From Gemmatimonadales bacterium (GTDB lineage Bacteria > Gemmatimonadota > Gemmatimonadetes > Gemmatimonadales > GWC2-71-9), in contig DASWGV010000207.1 in NCBI GenBank assembly GCA_036393515.1, positions 15,323 to 79,322 of the forward strand: DNA of 64,000 nt, given 5' to 3'. Below are positions 34,662 through 43,643 of this stretch, piece by piece (the stretch's first letter is position 1; every line of letters begins with the position of its first letter). The notes beneath the pieces were generated by a model. It had not been told where the DNA came from. It did not search any database and saw nothing but the letters and a program-made list of their open reading frames with translations. The position numbers and the translations under genes were made by a program.

Positions 34662-35872
34662 GCGCGGAGCTGAAGGGGTTCCTGCTGGTCGCGATTCTCA
34701 AGATTGTGGTGGTGTTCACCGCGATCAACGTTGGCGTGATGATGGTTATTTGGGCCGAGCGCCGGATCTCCGCGTGGATGCAGGATCGGCTGGGACCGAA
34801 CCGCGTGGGACCGCAAGGGTTGCTCCAGTCGCTGGCGGATGGCGTGAAGAACATCATGAAAGAAGAGACCACGCCGGTACGCGGTGCCGACCGGACGCTC
34901 TTCTATCTGGCCCCGATGATGTCTTTCGTGCCGGCCCTGCTCACGTTTTGCGTCATTCCGTTCGCGGCGCCTCTCCCGGGCTTTGACGTGACGTGGCCGC
35001 TGGTGGGGCGCCTCGCGTACACCGGCGACATCCCCATGGTCGTGGCGGACCTGCCCATCGGCTTCTTGTTCATCCTGGCGGTCTCCAGCCTGGGTGTGTA
35101 CGGGATCGTGCTGGCCGGCTGGTCGTCGGGCAACAAGTACGCGCTCCTGGGCGGCGTGCGGTCCAGCGCCCAAATGATCTCCTACGAGATCGCCCTGGGA
35201 CTGAGCGCCGTCTCGGTGTTGCTGGTGGCTGGCAACGTGACCCTGTCGTCCGTGATCACCCTCCAGCAGCAGTCCGTATGGTTCGTGTTCGCGTTGACAG
35301 TGGGGTTCGTGCTGTTCCTCATCTCAGCGTTCGCCGAGACCAACCGCCTGCCGTTCGATCTGCCGGAAGCGGAGGCCGAGTTGATCACCGGGTATCACAC
35401 GGAATACAGCTCGATGAAGTTCTCCATGTTCTTCATCGCGGAGTACGCCGCGTTGATGACCATGTCGGCCCTGATCGCGACGCTGTTCTTTGGCGGGTGG
35501 GACGTCCCGTTCACGACCTGGGACGAGGGTCCGCCGTCGGTGCTTGGCACGCTGGTGACCGGAGCAGTGTTCTTCGTCAAGATGAACGCGTTCGTGTTCG
35601 GCTATATCTGGGTGCGCTGGACCCTGCCGCGGTTCCGCTTTGACCAGCTGATGCAGCTGGGCTGGAAGGTCATGATCCCTCTCGCCCTGGGCTACATCGT
35701 CATTATCGCGACGGTGGTGTACGTGCTCGGGGCCATGGGGTGGGAGGTGAGGCTGGCGTACGGGCTGGCGCTCTTCGCCGTGAACATCGTCCTGATGGTC
35801 GCATTGTTGTGGGGCGTGGACCGTGGGCGGCTGCTGGTGGGCTCCCGCCAGCGCGCCCGGATGGCGGCCTGA
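34658..35872 (+). CDS. nuoH: NADH-quinone oxidoreductase subunit H
   Basis: WAERRISAWMQDRLGPNRVGPQGLLQSLADGVK; 8 TM helices. GTGA overlap with nuoG. Confidence 0.95.
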   Translation: MSAELKGFLLVAILKIVVVFTAINVGVMMVIWAERRISAWMQDRLGPNRVGPQGLLQSLADGVKNIMKEETTPVRGADRTLFYLAPMMSFVPALLTFCVIPFAAPLPGFDVTWPLVGRLAYTGDIPMVVADLPIGFLFILAVSSLGVYGIVLAGWSSGNKYALLGGVRSSAQMISYEIALGLSAVSVLLVAGNVTLSSVITLQQQSVWFVFALTVGFVLFLISAFAETNRLPFDLPEAEAELITGYHTEYSSMKFSMFFIAEYAALMTMSALIATLFFGGWDVPFTTWDEGPPSVLGTLVTGAVFFVKMNAFVFGYIWVRWTLPRFRFDQLMQLGWKVMIPLALGYIVIIATVVYVLGAMGWEVRLAYGLALFAVNIVLMVALLWGVDRGRLLVGSRQRARMAA

Positions 35873-36375
35873 TGGCGATTGGCGTCACGGTGGTGCGCCG
35901 TCCGGACGGCGTGAGCTACCTGCGGGCGACGCTGAAGGGCATGGCGCTCACGTTCGGACACCTGTTTCAGCGCAAAGTCACCATGCAGTACCCGGAGGAG
36001 AAATCCCAACCGGGCTACGCACTTTCCTCCCGTTGGCGCGGCACCCACCGGATGCTCACGGACGAACAGGGCCGAGCCAAATGCGTCGCCTGCGGCCTGT
36101 GTCCCCAGATCTGCCCCGCGAACTGTATCAAGCTGGTCCCCGGAGAGGATGAAGAGGGTCATCGGTATCCCCTGATTTACGAGATTGATGAATTCCGCTG
36201 CGTGTTCTGCGGTTACTGCCAGGAAGTGTGCCCGGAAGAGGCCATCCACGTCGGCGTGCACTACGAGAACGCCGAGTACGACCGGGCCCGTTTTGTTTAC
36301 GACCTCGAGCGGCTCTGCGCCCAGACCCATCCCGTCTCGTCCCTGTGGGATCCGTCCGATCCCCGGGGCGAGTGA
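35872..36375 (+). CDS. nuoI: NADH-quinone oxidoreductase subunit I
   Basis: Two 4Fe-4S motifs, CVACGLCPQICP and CVFCGYCQEVCP. ATG 35872 overlaps the nuoH TGA (TGATG). Confidence 0.93.
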   Translation: MAIGVTVVRRPDGVSYLRATLKGMALTFGHLFQRKVTMQYPEEKSQPGYALSSRWRGTHRMLTDEQGRAKCVACGLCPQICPANCIKLVPGEDEEGHRYPLIYEIDEFRCVFCGYCQEVCPEEAIHVGVHYENAEYDRARFVYDLERLCAQTHPVSSLWDPSDPRGE

Positions 36376-36378
36376 CCC

Positions 36379-36894
36379 ATGACCGAGCTGGTCTTCTGGG
36401 TGTTCGCGGGGCTCGCCATCGTCTCGGCGTTCCTGTGCGTCACGCGGCGGAGCCCTGTGGCGGCCGCGCTCTGGCTGATCCTGACGCTGTTCTGCCTGGC
36501 GGCGCTCTACGTGGTGCTGGACGCTCAGTTCATTGCCGCGCTCCAGGTGCTGGTGTACGCCGGCGCGATCATGGTGTTGTTCCTCTTCGTGATCATGCTC
36601 CTCAACCTGGGGCGGGCCGGTCCAAGCGACCTGCGGGGCTGGTCGGGTCGCCTGACGGCGCTGGGGCTGGGTGCGGTGCTGGTGGCGGAGCTCTGGGCGG
36701 TTCGGACGGTTCTGCCCGCCGAGCACGTGCGCCTGCCGGCGGGTGCCATGGCCCGCCTGGCGGAGACCCAGGGGGCTGTCGGGGTGATCACCGAATCGCT
36801 GTTTCGCGAGTACCTCATTTCCTTTGAAGTGACATCCATGCTGCTCCTGGCCGCTATCGTAGGGGCCGTGGTGCTGGCCAAGCGGAAGCTGTAA
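36379..36894 (+). CDS. nuoJ: NADH-quinone oxidoreductase subunit J
   Basis: Position in the operon, 5 TM pattern, and [23 protein letters not shown]. Confidence 0.9.
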   Translation: MTELVFWVFAGLAIVSAFLCVTRRSPVAAALWLILTLFCLAALYVVLDAQFIAALQVLVYAGAIMVLFLFVIMLLNLGRAGPSDLRGWSGRLTALGLGAVLVAELWAVRTVLPAEHVRLPAGAMARLAETQGAVGVITESLFREYLISFEVTSMLLLAAIVGAVVLAKRKL

Positions 36895-37190
36895 TGCTCC
36901 TCGGTCCCGCGCTCGCCGTCTCGGCCATGCTGTTCAGCATCGGCGTGGGCGGCGTTTTGCTCCGCCGCAACGCCATCGTGATCTTCATGAGCGTCGAGCT
37001 CATGCTCAACGCGGTGAACCTGACGTTCGTGGCGCTCGCCCAGCAGCTCGGCCCTCAGGGCCAGGTGATCGTCTTCTTCGTGATGGCGGTGGCGGCCGCG
37101 GAGGCGGCCGTTGGCCTGGCGATCATGCTGGCCATCTACCGCCATCGCGAAACTCTCGACATCGACGAGTTCAGCCTGCTCCGCGGATGA
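36894..37190 (+). CDS. nuoK: NADH-quinone oxidoreductase subunit K
   Basis: [16 protein letters not shown] and [16 protein letters not shown] overlap with nuoJ. Confidence 0.93.
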   Translation: MLLGPALAVSAMLFSIGVGGVLLRRNAIVIFMSVELMLNAVNLTFVALAQQLGPQGQVIVFFVMAVAAAEAAVGLAIMLAIYRHRETLDIDEFSLLRG

Positions 37191-39175
37191 CGCCCGACCT
37201 GCCTAGCTCCGTGCAGCTCGTGTGGCTGGTGGCGGCGCTCCCACTGCTGGGATTCCTGGTGAATGGCGTCCTGAGCTTCGTTCGCCCCTTAGCCACGCGC
37301 ACGGTCTCCGCGGTGGGCGCGGGCGTCCTGGTGGCCGCGTTCTTGGTCGCCGCATGGGTGGTGTCGGGCGTCGTGCGGGGGCACGCGGAGGGACCCTACG
37401 TCCTCACGTTCTGGTCCTGGATGCCCGTCGGCGATCTGGCCGTGGACGTCGCGTTCCAGGTGGACCCGTTGTCCGCCGTCATGCTCTTGGTTGTGACCGG
37501 TATCGGGGCACTGATTCACGTGTTCAGCATCGGCTACATGCGGGCGGACCCGAGCTACGCTCGGTACTTCGCGTACCTCAACTTGTTCGTGTTCTTCATG
37601 CTGGTGCTGATCCTGGGCGCCAGCTTCCCGGTGATGTTCGTGGGGTGGGAAGGCGTGGGCCTCTGCAGTTATCTGCTGATCGGGTTCTGGTTCGAGGAAA
37701 AGGCCAACGCCGACGCCGGCAAGAAGGCCTTCATCATGAACCGCATCGGCGACGCGGGGTTCCTCGTCGCCATGTTCTTGATCTTTCAGGCCACGGGATC
37801 GCTCACTTTCGTGGACGTGTTTGCCGCGGCGCCCGGCGTGTTCGAGGTCGGTGGCCCGACCATCGAGCTGATCACGCTGGCGTTGTTCCTCGGGTGCGCC
37901 GGCAAGTCCGCCCAGATCCCCCTGTACACCTGGCTTCCCGACGCCATGGCGGGCCCGACGCCGGTGTCCGCGCTCATTCACGCGGCGACCATGGTGACGG
38001 CGGGCGTGTATCTGGTGGCACGGGCCAACGTGTTGTTCGCGCTGGCCCCCATTGCCAGCCTGGTGGTGGCGACCGTGGGCGCCGTCACCGCACTGTTTGC
38101 GGCGACCATCGCCCTGAAACAGTGGGACATCAAGAAGATCCTGGCGTACTCCACGGTCTCGCAGCTCGGGTACATGTTCCTCGGCGTCGGGGTGGGCGCT
38201 TGGGCCTCCGGCATCTTTCACCTGGTGACGCACGCCTTCTTTAAGGCCCTGTTGTTCCTGGGCGCGGGGTCCGTCATTCACGCGGTGCACCACGCCTATC
38301 ACGCCACGCACCGCCACGAGGATGCGCAGGACCTGCGCAATATGGGCGGCCTCGCACGCCACATGCCCTGGACCGCCACGTTGATGTGGGTGGCCACGCT
38401 GGCCATCGCCGGCGTCCCGCCGTTCGCGGGGTTCTTCTCGAAGGATGAGATTCTGGCCCGGGCCTTTGCCCTGGGCCACGAGGCGTGGGTGTTCTACCCT
38501 CTGTGGGGCGCGGGCGTGGTCGCCGCGTTGCTCACCGCGTTCTACATGACGCGACTGATGCTCTACACTTTCCACGGCCCCAACCGGACGGGGGAAGAGG
38601 AGCGGGATCACCTGCACGAGGCGCCCTGGATCATGACGGGCCCGCTGGTGGTGCTGGGCGTGGGCAGCGTGGTCACGGGGCTGCTGAATCTGCCGCACGT
38701 CCTGCCGGGTGCCGGCTGGCTGGAGCACTGGCTGGAGCCGGTCACCGCCGCGGGTATGCTGAGCGGGCCGGAATTTCACCTCGGCGCCCGGACGGAGTGG
38801 TTGCTGCTGCTGGGAGCCACGGCCATCGCGGCGGCGGGCATAGGCGGCGCGTGGCGGTTCCTCCGGCCCGAGACGCTGCGCCCGGCCCGCGAGGCCACGC
38901 CTGAGGCGGGCTGGCAACGCGTGCTCGCCCGGAAGTACTACGTGGACGAGATCTACGACGCCGTCCTGGTGCGGCCGTTGGTGTGGTTCTCGGAGCGGGT
39001 CCTGTGGAAAGTGGCGGACACGTTCCTGATTGACGGCCTTGGCGTCAACGGGGCCGCCCGCGTGACGCGATTCACCGGCTGGCTCGGCACCCGCCTCCAG
39101 ACGGGGCGCGCCGGCACCTATGTCGGTGTCTTCGTGGTCGGGGCGCTCGTCTTGTTGCGCGTGCTGACGAGGTAG
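37187..39175 (+). CDS. nuoL: NADH-quinone oxidoreductase subunit L
   Basis: Antiporter-like subunit ([31 protein letters not shown]). ATGA overlap with nuoK. Confidence 0.95.
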   Translation: MTPDLPSSVQLVWLVAALPLLGFLVNGVLSFVRPLATRTVSAVGAGVLVAAFLVAAWVVSGVVRGHAEGPYVLTFWSWMPVGDLAVDVAFQVDPLSAVMLLVVTGIGALIHVFSIGYMRADPSYARYFAYLNLFVFFMLVLILGASFPVMFVGWEGVGLCSYLLIGFWFEEKANADAGKKAFIMNRIGDAGFLVAMFLIFQATGSLTFVDVFAAAPGVFEVGGPTIELITLALFLGCAGKSAQIPLYTWLPDAMAGPTPVSALIHAATMVTAGVYLVARANVLFALAPIASLVVATVGAVTALFAATIALKQWDIKKILAYSTVSQLGYMFLGVGVGAWASGIFHLVTHAFFKALLFLGAGSVIHAVHHAYHATHRHEDAQDLRNMGGLARHMPWTATLMWVATLAIAGVPPFAGFFSKDEILARAFALGHEAWVFYPLWGAGVVAALLTAFYMTRLMLYTFHGPNRTGEEERDHLHEAPWIMTGPLVVLGVGSVVTGLLNLPHVLPGAGWLEHWLEPVTAAGMLSGPEFHLGARTEWLLLLGATAIAAAGIGGAWRFLRPETLRPAREATPEAGWQRVLARKYYVDEIYDAVLVRPLVWFSERVLWKVADTFLIDGLGVNGAARVTRFTGWLGTRLQTGRAGTYVGVFVVGALVLLRVLTR

Positions 39176-39178
39176 CCC

Positions 39179-40732
39179 ATGCACGCCTTCCTCATTTCGA
39201 TCGGATATCACCGGTGGGTGCTGGACGCCCTCCTCGCCGTGCCGCTCATCGGCGCCGGGGTGGTCCTGGTCCGCCCCGCCCCGGATGCGAGGCGCATCGC
39301 GCTGGTCGCGGCGCTGGTGGAGTTCGTGCTCTCGGCGGGCCTGTGGTGGGGCTTCGAAGCCTCGGCCGCCATGCAATTCGTGGTGGACCGTCCGTGGATT
39401 CCGTTGTGGGGGGTCAGCTATCGCGTGGGAGTGGACGGCATCTCGCTCTTCCTGGTCCTGCTCACCACCCTCACCATGCCGCTGGCCGTGCTCGGCAGCT
39501 GGAACTACATCACGGACCGCCTGCGCCCCTATTACGCGCTCCTCCTGGTGCTCACCACGGGGATGCTCGGGGTGTTCGTCGCCTTAGATCTGTTCGTCTT
39601 CTACGTGTTCTGGGAGGTCATGCTCATCCCGATGTACTTCATCATCGGGGTCTGGGGCGGCGGACGGCGCCTCTACGCGGCCATCAAGTTCTTCATCTAC
39701 ACGTTCCTGGGATCGCTGCTTATGTTCGTCGCGATCCTGACGATCTATCTGGTGGTCGGGCGAGCCACCGGCGAGTACTCCTTTGCGTATGAGCACTTGC
39801 TGCGGAACATCGCGTACGCCCGGCCTTGGGGGTTCTGGCTGTTCGGCGCCTTCGCGCTGGCCTTCGCCATCAAGGTGCCGATGTTCCCGTTTCACACGTG
39901 GTTGCCGGACGCGCATGTGGAGGCGCCCACCGCCGGCTCCGTCATTCTGGCCGGCATCCTGCTCAAGATGGGCACCTACGGGTTTCTGCGGTTCGCGCTG
40001 CCGTTCTTTCCGGACGTGGCGCTGCACCCCACCGTGGTGAACGTCGTGGTGACGCTGGCGGTGGTCGGGATCGTCTATGGCGCGCTCGTCGCCATGGTCC
40101 AGCCCGACTTCAAGAAGCTGATTGCCTATTCCTCCGTGAGCCACCTGGGCTTCGTGATGCTCGGGATCTGGGCCCTCACGCTCCAGAGCGTGCAGGGCGC
40201 AGTCATCATCATGCTCAATCACGGGATCTCGACGGGCGCGCTGTTCTTCCTGGCCGGCATGCTGTATGAGCGGCGGCATAGCCGGGAGATCGCGGCGTTC
40301 GGGGGACTCGCCAAGGTCACGCCCATGCTGGCCGCCGTCCTTACGGTCGTTTCCCTTTCCTCTATCGGGCTGCCCGGTACCAACGGCTTCGTGGGCGAGT
40401 TTCTGGTCCTGGTGGGGTCCTTCGGCCGGTATCCCTGGGCCACGGCGATCGCGACCACGGGCGTGATTTTCGCCGCCGCCTACCTCCTGTGGGCCATCCA
40501 GCGCGTGTTGTTCGAGAAGCTCGACAAACCGGAGAACGCCGGGCTGCGGGACCTGTCCGCGCGGGAGTTTGCCGTGCTCGCGCCGCTGTTGGTGTGCATC
40601 TTCTGGGTGGGCGTGTACCCGGCGCCGATCCTGCGGCGCGTGGAGCCCGCCGCGCGGGCGCTGATCGAGCAGGTGCACGGGAGCCGGGCGCTGGCCATTC
40701 CCGCGCTCAGAGGTCCCACCCGTGCTGATTGA
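39179..40732 (+). CDS. nuoM: NADH-quinone oxidoreductase subunit M
   Basis: Antiporter-like subunit (FHTWLPDAHVEAPTAGSVILAGILLKMGTYG). Confidence 0.95.
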   Translation: MHAFLISIGYHRWVLDALLAVPLIGAGVVLVRPAPDARRIALVAALVEFVLSAGLWWGFEASAAMQFVVDRPWIPLWGVSYRVGVDGISLFLVLLTTLTMPLAVLGSWNYITDRLRPYYALLLVLTTGMLGVFVALDLFVFYVFWEVMLIPMYFIIGVWGGGRRLYAAIKFFIYTFLGSLLMFVAILTIYLVVGRATGEYSFAYEHLLRNIAYARPWGFWLFGAFALAFAIKVPMFPFHTWLPDAHVEAPTAGSVILAGILLKMGTYGFLRFALPFFPDVALHPTVVNVVVTLAVVGIVYGALVAMVQPDFKKLIAYSSVSHLGFVMLGIWALTLQSVQGAVIIMLNHGISTGALFFLAGMLYERRHSREIAAFGGLAKVTPMLAAVLTVVSLSSIGLPGTNGFVGEFLVLVGSFGRYPWATAIATTGVIFAAAYLLWAIQRVLFEKLDKPENAGLRDLSAREFAVLAPLLVCIFWVGVYPAPILRRVEPAARALIEQVHGSRALAIPALRGPTRAD

Positions 40733-42224
40733 CCTCGCCTCGTCCAGCGGCATCTTCCTGGCGCTGGCGCCCGAGCTGGTGCTCACCGGCTGGTGCCTCC
40801 TGGTTATGCTGGCCGTGGCTTGGCGCCACGGCGGCGATCAGGATCAGCGGCTGGCGGGGTGGCTCTCGCTCCTGGGGCTTGGTGCGACCGCCCTGGCCGT
40901 GCTCTGGCTGTGGGCGCGGGACGCCCGGCCCGCGGGCCTGGCGGGAGCCATGGCGCTTGACGGGTTCCGCTACCTGTCGGCGCTGGTGTTCCTGGTCGGG
41001 GCCGCCCTCACGGTGTTGCTCTCGTTGGGTTATCTCGGTCGCGAGCGCATCCGGGTGCCGGAGTACTACGTCCTGATTCTGCTCGCCACGCTGGGCATGC
41101 TGTTCATGGGTGGAGGAGGGGACCTGGTGGTCATCTTCCTCGGGTTGGAGTTGATGTCGGTGCCGGTCTACGTGCTGGCCGGCATCAACCGGCGGAGCGT
41201 GGCGGGTGCCGAGGCCGCGCTGAAATATTTCCTCCTGGGCGCGTTCGCGTCGGGCTTCCTGCTGTACGGCATCGCGCTGGTATATGGGGCCACCGGGACG
41301 ACCAACCTGGCGCTGATTGGCGCGCAGGCCTCCGGCTTCCGGCTCCAGACCAATCCCATGGCCTTGGTCGGGCTGGCGCTGCTCCTGGTGGGTTTTGGCT
41401 TCAAGGTGGCCGCCGTCCCGTTCCATATGTGGACCCCGGACGTCTATGAGGGGGCGCCCACGCCGGTGACCGGTTTCATGGCGGCGGCGGTGAAGGCCGC
41501 GGGATTTGCCGCCTTGGTGCGCGTACTATTCCAGGCGTTCGGCGGTGCGCCGGCCTGGCACGAAGCCGTATGGTGGCTGGCGGCGGTCACCATGATCGCT
41601 GGTAACCTGATGGCGCTGGCGCAGCGGCGGCTCAAACGCTTGCTCGCGTACAGCTCCGTCGCGCACGCGGGCTACCTGCTGGCGGCCGTCACGAGCGGGA
41701 GCGCCGCCGGTGCCGGCGCCTTCCTCTTCTATGCGCTGGCCTATACCCTGATGACCGTGGGTGCGTTCGCCATTCTGGCCGCCGTGGGGCGGGATGGCGA
41801 GCGGGACGTCCTGGTGGACGACCTCAATGGGCTGGCATCCCGGCGGCCCTGGGTGGCGGCCGGGATGACCGTGTTTCTCCTCTCCCTGCTCGGATTCCCG
41901 GGCACCGCCGGGTTCATCGGAAAGTGGTACATCCTGGCCTCGGCCGTGGAGGCGCATCAGTATCTGTTGGCCGTGCTGCTGGTTCTAGCCTCGGTGGTGT
42001 CGGCGGGATTCTACCTGCCGCCCGTCATGGCCATGTACATGCAGCCGGAGCCCTCGCCGGACGCGCATCGAGATGCCTTCCTAAACGGAGCGCCCCGATT
42101 CGTGGTGGCGTTCGCGGCGGCGGCCCTGTTGCTCTTTGGCGTGTGGCCCAACCGTGTCCTGGATGCGGCGCGCCGCGGAGGTGAAGGGCTGCGGAGTGCC
42201 GTCACGTACACCATCGCCGACTGA
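40722..42224 (+). CDS. nuoN: NADH-quinone oxidoreductase subunit N
   Basis: Antiporter-like subunit (PFHMWTPDVYEGAPTPVTGFMAAAVKAAGF). GTG start overlaps the end of nuoM. Confidence 0.93.
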   Translation: MLIDLASSSGIFLALAPELVLTGWCLLVMLAVAWRHGGDQDQRLAGWLSLLGLGATALAVLWLWARDARPAGLAGAMALDGFRYLSALVFLVGAALTVLLSLGYLGRERIRVPEYYVLILLATLGMLFMGGGGDLVVIFLGLELMSVPVYVLAGINRRSVAGAEAALKYFLLGAFASGFLLYGIALVYGATGTTNLALIGAQASGFRLQTNPMALVGLALLLVGFGFKVAAVPFHMWTPDVYEGAPTPVTGFMAAAVKAAGFAALVRVLFQAFGGAPAWHEAVWWLAAVTMIAGNLMALAQRRLKRLLAYSSVAHAGYLLAAVTSGSAAGAGAFLFYALAYTLMTVGAFAILAAVGRDGERDVLVDDLNGLASRRPWVAAGMTVFLLSLLGFPGTAGFIGKWYILASAVEAHQYLLAVLLVLASVVSAGFYLPPVMAMYMQPEPSPDAHRDAFLNGAPRFVVAFAAAALLLFGVWPNRVLDAARRGGEGLRSAVTYTIAD

Positions 42225-42265
42225 CCCGTGCCGTCCGCCTTCGCCGCCCCTGGCGCCCTGCTTCG

Positions 42266-43639
42266 ATGAACGTACCGGCGGTCGTCTTTCGTCAATACGA
42301 CATCCGCGGGACGGTGGGCGATCAGCTCACACCGCAGCTGGCGCACGCGGTCGGCCGCGCGTTCGCCACCATCGTACGGCAGCGCCTCCGTGGAGCGCCC
42401 CGAATCGCGGTGGGACGGGATAACCGGCCGTCGGGCGAGTTGTTGGCGCGGGCCATCCGGGACGGCATGGCCGCGGCCGGGGCCACAGCGGTGGACGTGG
42501 GGCAGCTGCCGACACCCGCGTTGTACCTGGCGGTGATGGAAATCGGCGTCCACGGCGGGCTCCAGGTGACGGGATCGCACAACCCGCCGGAGTTCAACGG
42601 ATTCAAGATGGTCATCGGCGGCGACGCCTTTTACGGGGACGACATTCAGGAGGTGTTCCGGCTGATCACGGCGGATGCGATGGACGCGGCTGCCGGATCG
42701 CTGGAGGCCGACTCCAGCGTGCTGGACCGGTACGTGAGGGCCATTGTATCACGGAACGGTCCGCTCTCGCGGGCCGTGAAGGTCGTGGTGGATTGCGGCA
42801 ACGGGGTCGCCAGCTTGATCGCCGAGCGCGTGCTCACCGGCGTGGGAGCGGAGGTGGTGCCGCTGTTTTGCGAGTCGGACGGGACGTTCCCAAACCACCA
42901 CCCGGACCCGACGGTGCTGGAGAACCTGGTGGACCTACAGGCCACCGTCCGTCGCACCGGCGCCGAGCTGGGTATCGGGTTCGACGGCGACGCCGACCGG
43001 ATCGGCGTGGTGGATGAGACGGGCCGCGTCGTGTACGGCGACATGCTGCTCTTGCTCTTCGCCCGAGATCTGGTGCAGCGCATGGGCTCCGGTCATCCGG
43101 TGATCTTCGACGTCAAGTGCTCCGACGTCCTGCGGAAGGGCCTGGAACAGGCGGGGTTGAAGCCGGTCATGTGGAAGACCGGACATTCCCTGCTCAAGGC
43201 GAAACTCAAGGAGCTGTCCGCCCCGCTCGCCGGCGAGATGAGCGGGCACATGTTCTTCGCCGGCGACTATTACGGCTTCGATGACGCCCCCTTTGCCGCC
43301 GCCCGGCTGCTGGCCTACGTGGCCAGAAACGGTGGGCCGCTCTCCCGCTTGATGGCCGATATCCCCGTGACGTTTACCACGCCCGAGCTCCGGGTGGACT
43401 GCCCGGACGAGCGCAAGTTCGCCGTGGTCGAGGCGGCCGCCCGCCACTTCGCCGCCCGCTACGACGTCGTGACGCTGGACGGGGTTCGCATGTCGTTTCC
43501 GGACGGGTGGGGTCTCCTGCGGGCCTCCAACACCCAGCCGGTGCTGGTCCTTCGCTTTGAGGCCACCTCCCAGGACGCCCTGACGGCGTACCGGGGCGAA
43601 GTGGAGAGCTGGCTGCGGGCGCAGGGCGTGACCGTGTAA
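42266..43639 (+). CDS. Phosphomannomutase/phosphoglucomutase
   Basis: FRQYDIRG, TGSHNPPEFNGFK (phospho-Ser loop), GFDGDADR and GEMSGH. Confidence 0.93.
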   Translation: MNVPAVVFRQYDIRGTVGDQLTPQLAHAVGRAFATIVRQRLRGAPRIAVGRDNRPSGELLARAIRDGMAAAGATAVDVGQLPTPALYLAVMEIGVHGGLQVTGSHNPPEFNGFKMVIGGDAFYGDDIQEVFRLITADAMDAAAGSLEADSSVLDRYVRAIVSRNGPLSRAVKVVVDCGNGVASLIAERVLTGVGAEVVPLFCESDGTFPNHHPDPTVLENLVDLQATVRRTGAELGIGFDGDADRIGVVDETGRVVYGDMLLLLFARDLVQRMGSGHPVIFDVKCSDVLRKGLEQAGLKPVMWKTGHSLLKAKLKELSAPLAGEMSGHMFFAGDYYGFDDAPFAAARLLAYVARNGGPLSRLMADIPVTFTTPELRVDCPDERKFAVVEAAARHFAARYDVVTLDGVRMSFPDGWGLLRASNTQPVLVLRFEATSQDALTAYRGEVESWLRAQGVTV

Positions 43640-43643
43640 CCGC

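Noticed and set aside
37289-39376. 695-aa minus-strand ORF and 340-aa plus-strand alternative frame over nuoL
   Set aside because: Arg/Gly/His-rich with no TM pattern. The nuoL frame encodes a textbook antiporter-like subunit.
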